From contig CAVXGK010000001.1 in the NCBI GenBank assembly GCA_963761305.1, forward strand, positions 480,001 to 544,000: a DNA stretch of 64,000 bases, in the 5' to 3' direction. The notes under the pieces were generated by a model. The model saw nothing but the letters and a program-made list of their open reading frames with translations. It did not search any database and was not told where the DNA came from. The position numbers and the translations under genes were made by a program. This stretch comes from an uncultured Gemmatimonadaceae bacterium (GTDB lineage: Bacteria; Gemmatimonadota; Gemmatimonadetes; Gemmatimonadales; Gemmatimonadaceae). Below, piece by piece: positions 48,507 through 58,741 of this stretch; positions within the stretch are counted from its first letter, which is position 1, and each line of letters starts with the position of its first letter.

Positions 48507-49123
48507 GGCATGCCTACCTTGCCGCCGGGCGCGCCCTTCGGCGGGGCGTGCGCGACATATGTTTGAATTCCGAATTTCACGTCCAGGACCTGCTCGTTCT
48601 TCTTGGGGCGCAACTCGAGGTTGACGCGAGTCGACGGCGACAGCGCCACGTTGATGGGCGCCACGATGCGCGGCAGCGATCCGATGTTGGCGAGGAACTC
48701 GGCCACCTGATGGTACGGACCGTTCACGGCGAGTTTGTACCGATAGGTGTCGAACTGATCGCCGTTCACGACGCCGTCGGGCTGCACGTCGGAGAACTCC
48801 AACCCGGCGCGGCGTGCCGCGGAGGAGATCGACTCCAGCAACGCCGGCACTTCGTTCTCCGTCGGCACGAGCCGGCGCAGGACGCTGAGCTCCTGGCCGT
48901 ACTCGTCGGCCTCGCGGCGCATCTTCGCCGCGGTGCCCTTGGCCACCTGGATCTTGGCGACGCGGTTCAGCGAATCGAGCGTGTCGAGCCGCGCCGCGAG
49001 CACCTTGTTGTCGGCGTTCTTGGGCGTCCAGACGAGCTGCTGGTACACCGCCGCCAGACCGACCACGGCGAGGGCGATCAACAGCAGGTTGCGATTGCGC
49101 GGGTTCTGCGGAACGAGACCCAT
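48503..49123 (-). CDS. pilO: Type IV pilus assembly protein PilO
   Basis: TM plus coiled coil; LVPTENEVPALL, GPYHQVAEFL, LPRIV. Confidence 0.92.
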   Translation of the reverse strand: MGLVPQNPRNRNLLLIALAVVGLAAVYQQLVWTPKNADNKVLAARLDTLDSLNRVAKIQVAKGTAAKMRREADEYGQELSVLRRLVPTENEVPALLESISSAARRAGLEFSDVQPDGVVNGDQFDTYRYKLAVNGPYHQVAEFLANIGSLPRIVAPINVALSPSTRVNLELRPKKNEQVLDVKFGIQTYVAHAPPKGAPGGKVGMP

Positions 49124-49126
49124 GAC

Positions 49127-49885
49127 TTACCTCGCCGACAGGGTGAGCGGCGCGCGGCGAATCACGGTCGAATCGGGCCGGTTATAGGCGATCGTCAACT
49201 GGAACTGCGTGACTTCCTTGTTCAGTTCGAGCGCGAGCTCCGACCGGTCGAGTTGCACGTTGGTCAGAAACGGTGATGCTTCGAGATCTTTCATAAAGCG
49301 CGTGAGCGCCTGAATGTCGACGGTGTGACCGGAGACGCGGACGCCGATCGCGTCGCGCGGGACGTCCGTATCCAACCGCTTCGGCGCGCCGCGCGCGGCC
49401 GCCGCCTTCTTCGCGGCCGCCGAGGTATCGGCCTTCGGCGCGGCGACGACGTTGGTCGATCCCTGCGGCGTGCCGGTGAACGAGATGTTCGTGAGCCACG
49501 TGTACTGCGGCAGCGCGCGGCTCACCTCGTCCATCACGTGCGCCCAGACGAACCGATCGTCGTCCAGACTGCGAATGATGTTGACCTGGCGGAGCAGCGT
49601 GTCGCGCACCGCTTCGGCGTGGTAGCGATCCTTGAGGAAGTTCGCGTACCGCGTCGAGTCGCTCACCGAGCGATCGCGACGCGCCTCGAGGTCAGCGGAA
49701 TTCGCGTTCTGCGTGGTGTAGAGATACCCGACGGCGCCGAGGCTGAGCACGACCGCGGACACGGCTCCGATGAGGAACGGGTCCTTGAACATGCCGGCGA
49801 ACCCGGCCCGGAACGCCGACAGATCGATGCTCTGGCGGCTCGCGGCCTTCTTGTTCGCACCCGGCAGCAGGTTGATTTGAATCAT
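49127..49885 (-). CDS. pilN: Type IV pilus assembly protein PilN
   Basis: N-terminal INLLP; LEASPFL. Confidence 0.92.
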   Translation of the reverse strand: MIQINLLPGANKKAASRQSIDLSAFRAGFAGMFKDPFLIGAVSAVVLSLGAVGYLYTTQNANSADLEARRDRSVSDSTRYANFLKDRYHAEAVRDTLLRQVNIIRSLDDDRFVWAHVMDEVSRALPQYTWLTNISFTGTPQGSTNVVAAPKADTSAAAKKAAAARGAPKRLDTDVPRDAIGVRVSGHTVDIQALTRFMKDLEASPFLTNVQLDRSELALELNKEVTQFQLTIAYNRPDSTVIRRAPLTLSAR

Positions 49886-50922
49886 GCGACCTTCCTGAGC
49901 GCCAGCCCGATCGGCATCATGAGAAGCGGGGCAATCTCATCGGTCACCAAATCTTCGAGCGCACCATCCCGAACCTTTAGATTCGCCAGCGGGTTGGCTT
50001 GCCGGACTGTGACGTGGAGCCGGTTGGCCAGCGCCTCATTGAGGCCCGGAATCCGGGCGCCGCCGCCGCAGGTGTAGATCGCGTGCATGCTGCCCGCGCG
50101 GGAGTTCTGGGCGAGAAACGCCGCTGCCCGCTCGATGCCGACGGCGATCTCTTCGCCGCGGCCGGCGAGCACCGCGTCCAGATGCGGCGAACGGTCGTAG
50201 CCCTGAAGAAGCGCCTGCGCCTCCTCGGCGCCGAGCCCGCGCTCGCGCTGCAGATCTTCGCGGATGCGGCGCGTGCCGACCGCGAGATCGCGCGTGAGCA
50301 GCGGCACGCCCTCGTCGAGGATGTTGATGTTGGTGACGTCATGGCCGATGTTCACCAGCCCCACCACGCCACTCATCGCGTCGGGATGATTCAACTCGAA
50401 CGCGTTGTGCAACGCGAACGCCTCGACGTCCATCATCGCCGGCTCGAGACCCGCGTCGTTGAGGATGCGGGTCTTCGACTCGATCAGCTCGCGCTTGGCG
50501 GCGACGAGCAACACGCTCATCTCGAGACCGTCGCCGTCGGGATCGAGGATCTGGAAGTCCAGCTCGACCGACTCCATATCGAACGGCACGTGCTGCTCGG
50601 CTTCCCACCGCATCAGCTCGCGCGCCTGTTTCTCTTTCACGCGTTCGATTTGAATCTTCTTAATGATCACGTCGCGGCCGCCGACGGCCGTCACCACCGA
50701 CGTCGACTTGACGCCGGCGCTGGCGAGCGCCGAACGCACCGCCTCGGCGACGATGCCGGGGTCCATGACTTCGCCCTCGACGATCGCGTCGGCGAGCAGC
50801 GGCGTCACGGTCACTCGCACGAGCTCCGGCTCGCGCTTCGAGTGATCGACGACGGCGACCTTGACGAGTCCCGATCCAATGTCGAGACCCACGGTTGTTT
50901 TCTTGCGACCCAGGAGTGCCAT
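49882..50922 (-). CDS. pilM: Type IV pilus assembly protein PilM
   Basis: VGLDIGS, EAEQHVPF, VLLVAAK, GLALR. Confidence 0.95.
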   Translation of the reverse strand: MALLGRKKTTVGLDIGSGLVKVAVVDHSKREPELVRVTVTPLLADAIVEGEVMDPGIVAEAVRSALASAGVKSTSVVTAVGGRDVIIKKIQIERVKEKQARELMRWEAEQHVPFDMESVELDFQILDPDGDGLEMSVLLVAAKRELIESKTRILNDAGLEPAMMDVEAFALHNAFELNHPDAMSGVVGLVNIGHDVTNINILDEGVPLLTRDLAVGTRRIREDLQRERGLGAEEAQALLQGYDRSPHLDAVLAGRGEEIAVGIERAAAFLAQNSRAGSMHAIYTCGGGARIPGLNEALANRLHVTVRQANPLANLKVRDGALEDLVTDEIAPLLMMPIGLALRKVA

Positions 50923-51088
50923 GAGTGGGCGTGAATCAGTGGACCAAGTGGGGAGATACTTGCCGGTCGTCCACGGTTATCCGGGCTGCGACTACTCAAT
51001 CGGTCACAGCAGTATTGTCTCACCGAACACGACCGACTCCCCTGCAGGTAACAGGCGGTAACAGGTGTCACATCGTGTATCACATGGC

Positions 51089-52042
51089 TCAAAACACCTC
51101 TGACCACGCGCGCTCGCGAACGCGTTGCGGTCGCGTCGCCGCACGGAGACGAAATGCGACGACACACGGTGCGAATTTCAGTATTGTAGCATTGAGATCG
51201 AGCGCTCGGCCCGGCCCCGCGTACGCCGAGAGCAGCGCTCCGGTGACGCTCAGACGCCCGCCGGAGACGCGCACCGGCCCCGACGCGACGACGAGACCCG
51301 TCACGACGAGCGGACCGGTGATCGTCAACGCGCCGTCGACCAGCAAGATCCCGTCGAACGAGCCGCCGGCGATCGTCGTGTCGCCGGCGACGTGCGCGAA
51401 ACCCACGTTTGTATCGAGTATCGACCGCTGGTGTCCAGTTAGTAAATACGAATTTGAATCGGCAGCAATCGCCCCTGTGACCGATCGAACGGCCGGCGGC
51501 GCGCTGACCGTCGCCCCCGGCGCGGTCACGACGTTCGGCGCGTCGGACCGCGCCGCGCAGTCGGCCTCCCCCGTCGTATCGGTGCCGATGGCCACGTCGG
51601 AGGCCAGCGAGACGTCGCCCCAGGACTCGATCGCCGCCGCCGGCAGCGGCGCCACCTCGGGAAACCGGGCGATCAGGTTGACCCGGCGTTCGCTGGAGTC
51701 GATCCCCGCCACGGTCGCATCGGCCACAATCCAGACGACACCCCGGGGCAAGCGCGTCACGCCGACGTCCACCTGGACGGCCGACGTTTGCGTCACGCCG
51801 ATGACAAACCTCCGCGTGACCCCCAACGGCAGCGACGCGAGCTGATAGCCCGCCGGATCGGCGATGATCGATGACGCGCCGTACTCGGCGCTCGCCAGCG
51901 CCGTGGCACCGCTCTGTCCGAGCCGTATCGCGCGCTGCGCCGTGACGGATGACGCGACCAACGCGGCGACGACGACTCCCAGCAGCGTGATCAGCGTGAG
52001 CGCCGCAACCAGCGCCATGCCTCGGCGGCCGCGGACTCTCAT
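51089..52042 (-). CDS. PilX-like minor pilin
   Basis: RRG|MALVAAL (no Glu5); C-terminal WSEVF; ATGA overlap. Confidence 0.75.
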   Translation of the reverse strand: MRVRGRRGMALVAALTLITLLGVVVAALVASSVTAQRAIRLGQSGATALASAEYGASSIIADPAGYQLASLPLGVTRRFVIGVTQTSAVQVDVGVTRLPRGVVWIVADATVAGIDSSERRVNLIARFPEVAPLPAAAIESWGDVSLASDVAIGTDTTGEADCAARSDAPNVVTAPGATVSAPPAVRSVTGAIAADSNSYLLTGHQRSILDTNVGFAHVAGDTTIAGGSFDGILLVDGALTITGPLVVTGLVVASGPVRVSGGRLSVTGALLSAYAGPGRALDLNATILKFAPCVVAFRLRAATRPQRVRERAWSEVF

Positions 52043-52956
52043 GGCCGATTTCGCACCGACACCGAAATGGAGACGGAGTCCTTGTGGGCGCCGACGTTCT
52101 GGGCCGCGCCGAGAACCCGGTCGATGTCCCGAGTCTGGCCGCGAAGGTCGACCCGAAGGAGTGCCGTCCGCTCGCGCGCGACGACGGGGGTCGACAGAGG
52201 CATGCCGGTCGAATCGAACCAACGAAAGGGCGGTGCGCCCGTGGTGGGTGCCTGAAACGGCCCGGCGATCGGCTGTATGGTATTGAACCTGACGCTCGCG
52301 CTATTCCAGTCGCGGGCGCCCAGGTACCAGTTGCCGTCAGCCGATCTATAGAAGCTGAAGCGAATCGGTCGGGTGATTCTCAGCGGCACGCCGATGAGCG
52401 TCGCCAGCGGTGGGGCCGAGTCCAGAGAGACGCTCGTTCGAGACGCGGCGAGCGCCGGGCCCGCGAGCTGCGGGCCGCCGGGGGCACACTGTCCGGCTCT
52501 GGTCGAGCCGACCGCCATCACGCGATGGGATCGCCATCCAGGGACGGAATCGCTCGGCGAGAGGAGCCAAGCCGTGTCGCCGGCTTGAATCCCCGCGATG
52601 GAGGTGGCAAACGTCGCTGCGCCGACGGCGGGTGGCGGGAGGACGAGTGCGGATGCGAGCGTGTCGCAGACGACGGCACCGGCGATCGTCTCGCGCACCT
52701 CGATCGACGTGTCGGTCGCCTCGCGCAGGTCGCCCGCGGCGACCGCGGCGCCACGGATATCCATGGGAAGCATGGACGCGGCGTCGCGAAGCCGGCCGGC
52801 GAGCGCGGCGTCGCCGAGGAGCGCGACGAAGGCGCGCTGTTGCCGCAGTGCGATGTTCGTCACGACGGCGAGCACGGTCCCGGCGACGATCATCGCCGCG
52901 ACGAGCTCGACGAGCGTGAAACCCCGACGCGTTCGCGTGGCGGCACCGTTCAGCAC
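52039..52956 (-). CDS. PilW-like minor pilin
   Basis: RRG|FTLVEL prepilin motif; C-terminal VSVRN. Confidence 0.8.
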   Translation of the reverse strand: MLNGAATRTRRGFTLVELVAAMIVAGTVLAVVTNIALRQQRAFVALLGDAALAGRLRDAASMLPMDIRGAAVAAGDLREATDTSIEVRETIAGAVVCDTLASALVLPPPAVGAATFATSIAGIQAGDTAWLLSPSDSVPGWRSHRVMAVGSTRAGQCAPGGPQLAGPALAASRTSVSLDSAPPLATLIGVPLRITRPIRFSFYRSADGNWYLGARDWNSASVRFNTIQPIAGPFQAPTTGAPPFRWFDSTGMPLSTPVVARERTALLRVDLRGQTRDIDRVLGAAQNVGAHKDSVSISVSVRNRP

Positions 52957-53351
52957 AGGACGCGCGTCCGGAGGATCACGGCGTGCGACGCCGGCACGCC
53001 GAACGCCACGCTGTCGCCGACGTCTCGCGTGCGGCCCGTCAGCTGCGACGACCAGGTTTCAGTGAGACCGGCGGTGGCCGATGCGCCGGATGTCGTCGCG
53101 CAGGGAGAGGCCAGGATCTGCTCGAGGCGAGTCGCCGCGGTGTAGGCCGCCATTGCGCGGGCGCGTGCTTCGTTCCGGCGGCGCACGACGACGGCGGTCG
53201 TCTGCACGACGGCCAATAGACCGGCGTCGATGAGGACGATCGCGACGAGTAGCTCGACGAGAGTGAATCCCCGCGCGCGCCGCGCGGGCGCGCGAGCAGG
53301 TGGTCGAGCAGGGGAAGGCTGGCGGACGGCGGCGCTCCACATGCCGCACAC
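52950..53351 (-). CDS. PilV-like minor pilin
   Basis: RG|FTLVELLVA prepilin motif. Confidence 0.75.
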   Translation of the reverse strand: MCGMWSAAVRQPSPARPPARAPARRARGFTLVELLVAIVLIDAGLLAVVQTTAVVVRRRNEARARAMAAYTAATRLEQILASPCATTSGASATAGLTETWSSQLTGRTRDVGDSVAFGVPASHAVILRTRVLC

Positions 53352-53442
53352 CGTACCGCGTCAGGACTCGGCGACCAGCATCCGGCCGTTGCCGTCCGCA
53401 TCGAACGAACGCACCCGCCGGAGCGGGTGCGTGATGGCTCGC

Positions 53443-53808
53443 CTACTGCTTTTTGACGTCCACTTCGACGTTGTTGATGTTCGAGCCGTTGAGGAAGCCG
53501 AAGAGCTTCGCTTGCGCCTGCGACATCGTGCCGTCGTACTTCACCGGATCGAATCCCGGGAACGTCAGCGTGAGATGGAGTGTGGGATAGACGAACGTGC
53601 CGACGAGGGTGCCTTGGTTGGTGCCGGCGACGTTGGCGATCAGCACGGTGCCGGTGACGATGGTGTCGCTCTGCGCCATGGCCAACGACAGTGAATACCC
53701 GTTGGCAAGCCCGGACCACGACCCGTCGACGGTTTGCACAGGGGCAAGCGGCGTGTCGGTGCACGCGGCAAGGGCGGCAACCGCCGCGAACATGAGGAGT
53801 TTACGCAT
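53443..53808 (-). CDS. Small lipoprotein
   Basis: MRKLLMFAAVAALAAC lipobox; VDGSWSG beta-rich domain. Confidence 0.75.
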   Translation of the reverse strand: MRKLLMFAAVAALAACTDTPLAPVQTVDGSWSGLANGYSLSLAMAQSDTIVTGTVLIANVAGTNQGTLVGTFVYPTLHLTLTFPGFDPVKYDGTMSQAQAKLFGFLNGSNINNVEVDVKKQ

Positions 53809-53895
53809 GGCTCTCGGAACGTGGCTGACCGCCTCGGCCGGTCGCACCAGCGCGACCCGGCTCGCCCGGCGGCGACTGCTCTACAGTACACCACG

Positions 53896-53934
53896 AATAA
53901 AACAACCCGGTGGCGCGTTCGCGCCACCGGGTTG
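53896..53934 (-). terminator. Rho-independent terminator of pilA
   Basis: CAACCCGGTGGCGC-loop-GCGCCACCGGGTTG stem followed by a T-tract on the minus strand. Confidence 0.85.
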
Positions 53935-53970
53935 CCCACGCTCATTCGGGAGCGTTGAGAGCTTAGAGCC

Positions 53971-54357
53971 TTACTGGCAGATCGGCTCGCCTTCGGACGC
54001 AGCCGCAACGACCGGGTTCGTCGTGTTGATGCCGACGCCGCACTTGAACGGCGAGGCGACCTGCGTGTGGCTGACCGTCGCGTACCACGAACCCGTGCCG
54101 GTGGTGATCGCCGGGCTGGAGACGCTGGTCGTGCTCTGGAACTTGAGCAGGCTGACCGTCGCCGTGTACGACGAGCTGTCGGCGAAGTACGCCTCTTCAG
54201 CGGTGACGAGGTTGCGCAGATCCGACTTCATCGCCGTGATGTACGCCTTCTGCTTGGTGTTCGCGAACTTCGGGATCGCGATCGCGGCGAGAATGCCGAT
54301 GATCACGACGACGATCAAAAGTTCGATGAGGGTAAAGCCCTTGCGCATTTTGAGCAT
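53971..54357 (-). CDS. pilA: Major type IVa pilin
   Basis: KG|FTLIELLIVVVIIGILAAIAIP; C-terminal Cys pair; own promoter and terminator. Confidence 0.92.
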   Translation of the reverse strand: MLKMRKGFTLIELLIVVVIIGILAAIAIPKFANTKQKAYITAMKSDLRNLVTAEEAYFADSSSYTATVSLLKFQSTTSVSSPAITTGTGSWYATVSHTQVASPFKCGVGINTTNPVVAAASEGEPICQ

Positions 54358-54419
54358 GTTCGATGGTTCCCAGAAGGAGGTGAGGGGAAGCGTCGTTCTG
54401 TATCCCGGCCGGCAGTAAG

Positions 54420-54435
54420 GCAACGTGCGGACCCA
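54420..54435 (-). promoter_or_regulatory. Sigma54 (-24/-12) promoter of pilA
   Basis: Minus strand TGGGTCCGCACGTTGC fits GG-N10-GC with TTGC; PilR encoded nearby. Confidence 0.65.
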
Positions 54436-54484
54436 ACGCCTCCATCCTGTACAAGACGTTGTGCGATAACGTCTTATAGAGATC

Positions 54485-56245
54485 CTACGGTGTCGGCGAA
54501 CCCGCCTTCGCTACTGCCTTTTGCACGGTGTCTGGCAGTTTGCTAGGCGGACCTCCAACCTGTGTCACCCCCGTTTTCCCGGTCGAATCTTCCCGCCGCG
54601 CCGTCGCGATCCCCGACTGGTCGGCCGCGATGATTTCGTGAAGCAGCTTGACGCTGCCCCCGGCCTTGATCGCCTGGAAGGCCATTTGCTTCGATTCGGC
54701 GTACTTCCCCTGATCCAACAGGCACCAGGCGTACTCGGTTCGTCCCGGCGAATCCGGAGCGACGGCGCGCGCCCATTGGTACAGCGGCAACGCGGCCGCG
54801 CACATGCCAGACTGGCGGTAAGCCTCGGCGAGATTGAGCGGGGCGGAGGCGTCGTACGGGAACAGGCGGATTCCCAGACGCAGCTCGGCTTCGCCCTCTC
54901 GCTTTCGCTTCTCGTCGATGTCCCACGCGCCAAGCAGGAAATGGACTCGATAGGAGTCCGGCGCGTCGATGATCGACTGTCTGAAGAGCGTCTCGTTGTC
55001 GTGCCACGCCGGCGTGCGCGTCATGCTCCGCGCAGTCCCGAGGCAGATGAGCGCCGCGCAGGCGGTGGAACCGGCGAGAGACCACGCGCGCATCCGCGGC
55101 GGCGCCGCCTCGCGGAGCGCATTCGTCATCGCGCTCGCGAGAGCGCCGACGAGCAGCATCGCGCCGGCGCTGGTCAGAAATAGCGTGCGCTCGGCGACCA
55201 CGATTCCGGCCGGGAGCAGCAGGTTGCTCGACGGAAGCAGCGCCACGGTCGCCACGGCGATGCCGAACGACACGGCCGGCTGTCGTCGTCGCAGGAGAAT
55301 CGCGGACGCGGCGATCCCGACGAGAAGGAGGAAGCCCGGGATCTGCACCACGCTGAATCCCTGCGCGATGTCGATCTGCGGCGGTCCGTAATCGGCGGAC
55401 AGACGCGCCGGCCAGTAGAGGAGTCGAAGCCACTGTGGCACGACCCCGATGGCCGTCAACACGCGATCGGTGGACGACGTGTTGAGCGACGCGAACGGCG
55501 TAAACGGCGCGAACCCACCCAGCGAGTGGTCGGCGAGCACCGCACTCCTGGCGGCAAGAAAGCCGAGTGCCACCACCATCGCGCCGAGGTAGAACGGACG
55601 AAGGCGCCGCGCGCGCTCGAGGAGCGGCGTCGGGTCGGTGATCACGGTCAATTCGGCGGCGACGAGAATCGCCGGGAGCACGATGCCGTGCTCTTTCGAG
55701 AAGCAGGCGAGGGCGTACAGCAGCAGCACCCAGAGGGCGGTGGACGTTCGGAGCGGTCCGGCCATGCGGTCGCGGAGGTACAGCGACGTCGCGCCCAGAA
55801 TGCCGATGGCCACCCAGAGCTCGGATTGCCCGACCACATTGGCCACCGCTTCGACGTGTACCGGATGCACGGCGAACAGCGCGGCGGCGACGAACGCCGC
55901 CCAGAACGGCAGGACTCGGCGTCCCACCGAGAACACGAGCAGCGACGCGACGACGTAGAGCGCGATGCTCGTGGCGTGGTAGACCATGGGGTTGAGGTGC
56001 CCCACGACGCCTTCGATGCGGAACGCCAGAATCGTCAGCGGACGGTAGCCGTCGCCGCCGGCGGACTTGGGCCAGTACGACAGGCGGAACACGTGCCACC
56101 ACTGATGCAGGTACTTCATCAACGGGTTCCGCTGCACGACGTACACGTCGTCGTACGTAAAGCCGTTGAAGATGCCGATCGCCGACGACACGAGCGCCAG
56201 CAGAGCGACGATCGGCGCCGCGGCGCGGCGAGCGAGGTCTCTCAT
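54485..56245 (-). CDS. TMTC/DUF1736-like GT-C glycosyltransferase with C-terminal TPRs
   Basis: NGFTYDD, YRPL, LFAVHPVHVEAVANVVG, FSKE, PARLSADY, VAERTLF, WHDNETLF, then TPR. Confidence 0.85.
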   Translation of the reverse strand: MRDLARRAAAPIVALLALVSSAIGIFNGFTYDDVYVVQRNPLMKYLHQWWHVFRLSYWPKSAGGDGYRPLTILAFRIEGVVGHLNPMVYHATSIALYVVASLLVFSVGRRVLPFWAAFVAAALFAVHPVHVEAVANVVGQSELWVAIGILGATSLYLRDRMAGPLRTSTALWVLLLYALACFSKEHGIVLPAILVAAELTVITDPTPLLERARRLRPFYLGAMVVALGFLAARSAVLADHSLGGFAPFTPFASLNTSSTDRVLTAIGVVPQWLRLLYWPARLSADYGPPQIDIAQGFSVVQIPGFLLLVGIAASAILLRRRQPAVSFGIAVATVALLPSSNLLLPAGIVVAERTLFLTSAGAMLLVGALASAMTNALREAAPPRMRAWSLAGSTACAALICLGTARSMTRTPAWHDNETLFRQSIIDAPDSYRVHFLLGAWDIDEKRKREGEAELRLGIRLFPYDASAPLNLAEAYRQSGMCAAALPLYQWARAVAPDSPGRTEYAWCLLDQGKYAESKQMAFQAIKAGGSVKLLHEIIAADQSGIATARREDSTGKTGVTQVGGPPSKLPDTVQKAVAKAGSPTP

Positions 56246-57024
56246 GAGAAGAGATTGAACTTGGTGATGTGCCAGAATGCGGCGACGCCGTCACGCCAAC
56301 CGATCTTCTTGCCTTCGGCGTAGGTGCGGCCGGAATAGCTGATCGGAACCTCGAAGATCCGCGCGTTGGCGCGGGCGAGCCGCGCGGTGATCTCGGGCTC
56401 GAAGCCGAATCGGTCGGCGCGCAGGTTCGGCACGAGCGAGCGGGCGAGGTCGCCGCGCATCGCTTTGTAGCACGTCTCCATGTCGGTCAGGTTGAGATTC
56501 GTCAGCATGTTGCTGAACGTCGTCAACCAGCGGTTGCCGACCGAATGCCAGTAATACAGCACGCGGTGCGGGCCGCCGAGAAACCGCGACCCGAAACAGG
56601 CGTCGGCGCGGCCATCGACGATCGGCTCGAGGAGAACCGGCCAATCCGACGGGTCGTACTCGAGGTCGGCGTCCTGCACGATGACGATGTCACCGGTGCT
56701 CGCCGCGAGCGCCGCGCGAATGGCCGCACCCTTGCCGCGGTTCTCCGGCTGGTGAAAGACGCGGTCGATGCGACCCTGTGCCAGGAGGCGATCGAGAATC
56801 TCCTTGGTGCCGTCGGTCGAGTGGTCGTTGACGCAGATGATTTCCTTTCGCAGTGGCGTCGCGTTCACCTGGTCGACGATCAAGTCGATCGTGTCGCGCT
56901 CGTTGTACACGGGCATGAGCACCGACAGCGTCACCGTCGACGGGTCGAGCGGCGTGCGGGGTCGGAGGCGCGACGGGGGCGACTCCGGTAACTGGGGCGA
57001 CGACGAAGGCGACGGTCCGGTCAT
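56242..57024 (-). CDS. GT2 glycosyltransferase, similar to polyprenol-phosphate-sugar synthases
   Basis: LMPVYNE, VNDHSTDGT, NRGKGAA, QDADLEY, LTDMETCYK, RFGFEPEIT, GKKIGWRDG. Confidence 0.92.
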   Translation of the reverse strand: MTGPSPSSSPQLPESPPSRLRPRTPLDPSTVTLSVLMPVYNERDTIDLIVDQVNATPLRKEIICVNDHSTDGTKEILDRLLAQGRIDRVFHQPENRGKGAAIRAALAASTGDIVIVQDADLEYDPSDWPVLLEPIVDGRADACFGSRFLGGPHRVLYYWHSVGNRWLTTFSNMLTNLNLTDMETCYKAMRGDLARSLVPNLRADRFGFEPEITARLARANARIFEVPISYSGRTYAEGKKIGWRDGVAAFWHITKFNLFS

Positions 57025-57145
57025 TCCTGAACGTTTGGTTGAGGAATCGAAGAGCGGGCTGATACGTAGACGAGTCCGTTCGCCAATCGGTCTCGGAAAG
57101 GCAGTTCCGGGCGACCGGCGGCCGCCATTCCCGACGCGGGCCCCA

Positions 57146-58741
57146 TCATCGATGAGCCGGCGAATAGATCCGGCCGTTCGACACCGAGTCCCCCGCCACG
57201 AGTCCCGGATCATTTCCTCGTGACATCGACTCGACCGCCGCGCGCAGCGAGTCCGCCGCGAACGAGGCGACCGCGTCCACGTGATACGTCGCCATGATGG
57301 CGCGCAGTTGGTCTGCGCGTTGGGCAGCGGTCGCCGGTTGAAAGAATTCCTGCACGGTAGACGCCGTCGACGGAACAGCCAGGCGGTTGGCGTACAGGTA
57401 AATCGCCGGCTCCAGGTTCGCGGCGATGACGGTCGTGGGCGACGTGCGCTCGCGCGCCCACCGAATCACCGGGCGCAGCGCGGCCGCGTTCATACTGGGG
57501 ATCGCGGACCACACCCGGTACCGGTAGCCAAGCGCGTTGACGCTCACATAGCCCGTCGCGAGCAGCACCGCGCCGGCGATCGTCGCCCAACGCGCCGCGC
57601 GCGGCACGACTGACACCGGTCGAGCTGCGACGACCTCGGCGACGCCGGCCGCGACGAGCAAGACGACGAACGGCCAGACTCCCCGGACGTAGTGCGTCGC
57701 CGGGCCGGGCCAGATGAGGATTATTGCGAAGGACAGCAGCAGAAAAACCGCCGTGACTCGCGCGCGACGCCAGAATCGTACGAAGCCGGGAACAGCGAGC
57801 AGAGTGAGCGCCGCGCACGCCGAGCCTTGCACCCACGGCGGCGTCGACCGCGCGGTGTACAAAGCCAGCATATCAGAAATCTCTCGTCCATTGCGCGCGA
57901 TCGTGGCCCACGCGAACGAGATGCCGCCGTCGTGGAACCCGGTGGCGAGCCACGCGACGTATGGCGCGTAGTCCCCGCCCATGACCGCGGACGGCGCGAA
58001 GGGATGCGCCCGGGCCCAGAGCTGCCACGGGAGAATCACCGCCAGGCCAACACCGGCGAACACCGCCGCGTCGCGCAGGCGGCGGCGGGCCAGCAAGAGA
58101 AGTCCGACCGCGCCGGCGAGCGCGATCCCCTGTGTTCTGACGAGCGTCAGGATCCCGACCATCAACGCCAACAACGCCACGTCCGCCAGTTTCGCGTCTG
58201 CCTCGACCGTCCGCTCGGCAACCAGGAGCGCAGGGAGCAGGAGCGCCAGGAACAGCGCCTCCGACAACACCTGGGTGCTGAGCTCCAGCGTGGGGATGGC
58301 GAGCGCGCCGGCGAGCGTGACCGCGAGCGCCGCACCCGTCGAGAAACCCAACCGGCGGCGAGCAAGCACGACGGTTCCGCCGGCGGCGAGCGCCAGAAAA
58401 GCGGCATTCGCAACCTTGAACAGCAACACGTTCGCGGGGAATCGAGGGTCGATCGCCCACAACGCGGCAAGAACCGCTGGATACCCGGGCGGAAAGTGCG
58501 TCGCCAGCGGCGCGCCCGGCAGGTTCAGCCACCTGAATCCGTGCCCCGTCGCCAGCGACTTGGCAAGGATGACGTACGCGGCATCGTCGAACAACCCGCC
58601 GATCGGCACCGCGTCGATCAGCGAAACGCCCACCGCCAGCGCCACGACGCCGGCGATGAGGGGAGCGATCCACGCGCGTTCGCCGGTGGGAGCCGGGGCG
58701 ACCGACGAATCCCAACGTGCCGGCGAAGACCCGCCGATCAT
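57146..58741 (-). CDS. GT-C (ArnT/PMT-like) integral membrane glycosyltransferase
   Basis: DDAAYVILAKSLATG, FPPGYPAVLA, VLSEALF, VRTQG; many TM helices. Confidence 0.8.
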   Translation of the reverse strand: MIGGSSPARWDSSVAPAPTGERAWIAPLIAGVVALAVGVSLIDAVPIGGLFDDAAYVILAKSLATGHGFRWLNLPGAPLATHFPPGYPAVLAALWAIDPRFPANVLLFKVANAAFLALAAGGTVVLARRRLGFSTGAALAVTLAGALAIPTLELSTQVLSEALFLALLLPALLVAERTVEADAKLADVALLALMVGILTLVRTQGIALAGAVGLLLLARRRLRDAAVFAGVGLAVILPWQLWARAHPFAPSAVMGGDYAPYVAWLATGFHDGGISFAWATIARNGREISDMLALYTARSTPPWVQGSACAALTLLAVPGFVRFWRRARVTAVFLLLSFAIILIWPGPATHYVRGVWPFVVLLVAAGVAEVVAARPVSVVPRAARWATIAGAVLLATGYVSVNALGYRYRVWSAIPSMNAAALRPVIRWARERTSPTTVIAANLEPAIYLYANRLAVPSTASTVQEFFQPATAAQRADQLRAIMATYHVDAVASFAADSLRAAVESMSRGNDPGLVAGDSVSNGRIYSPAHR

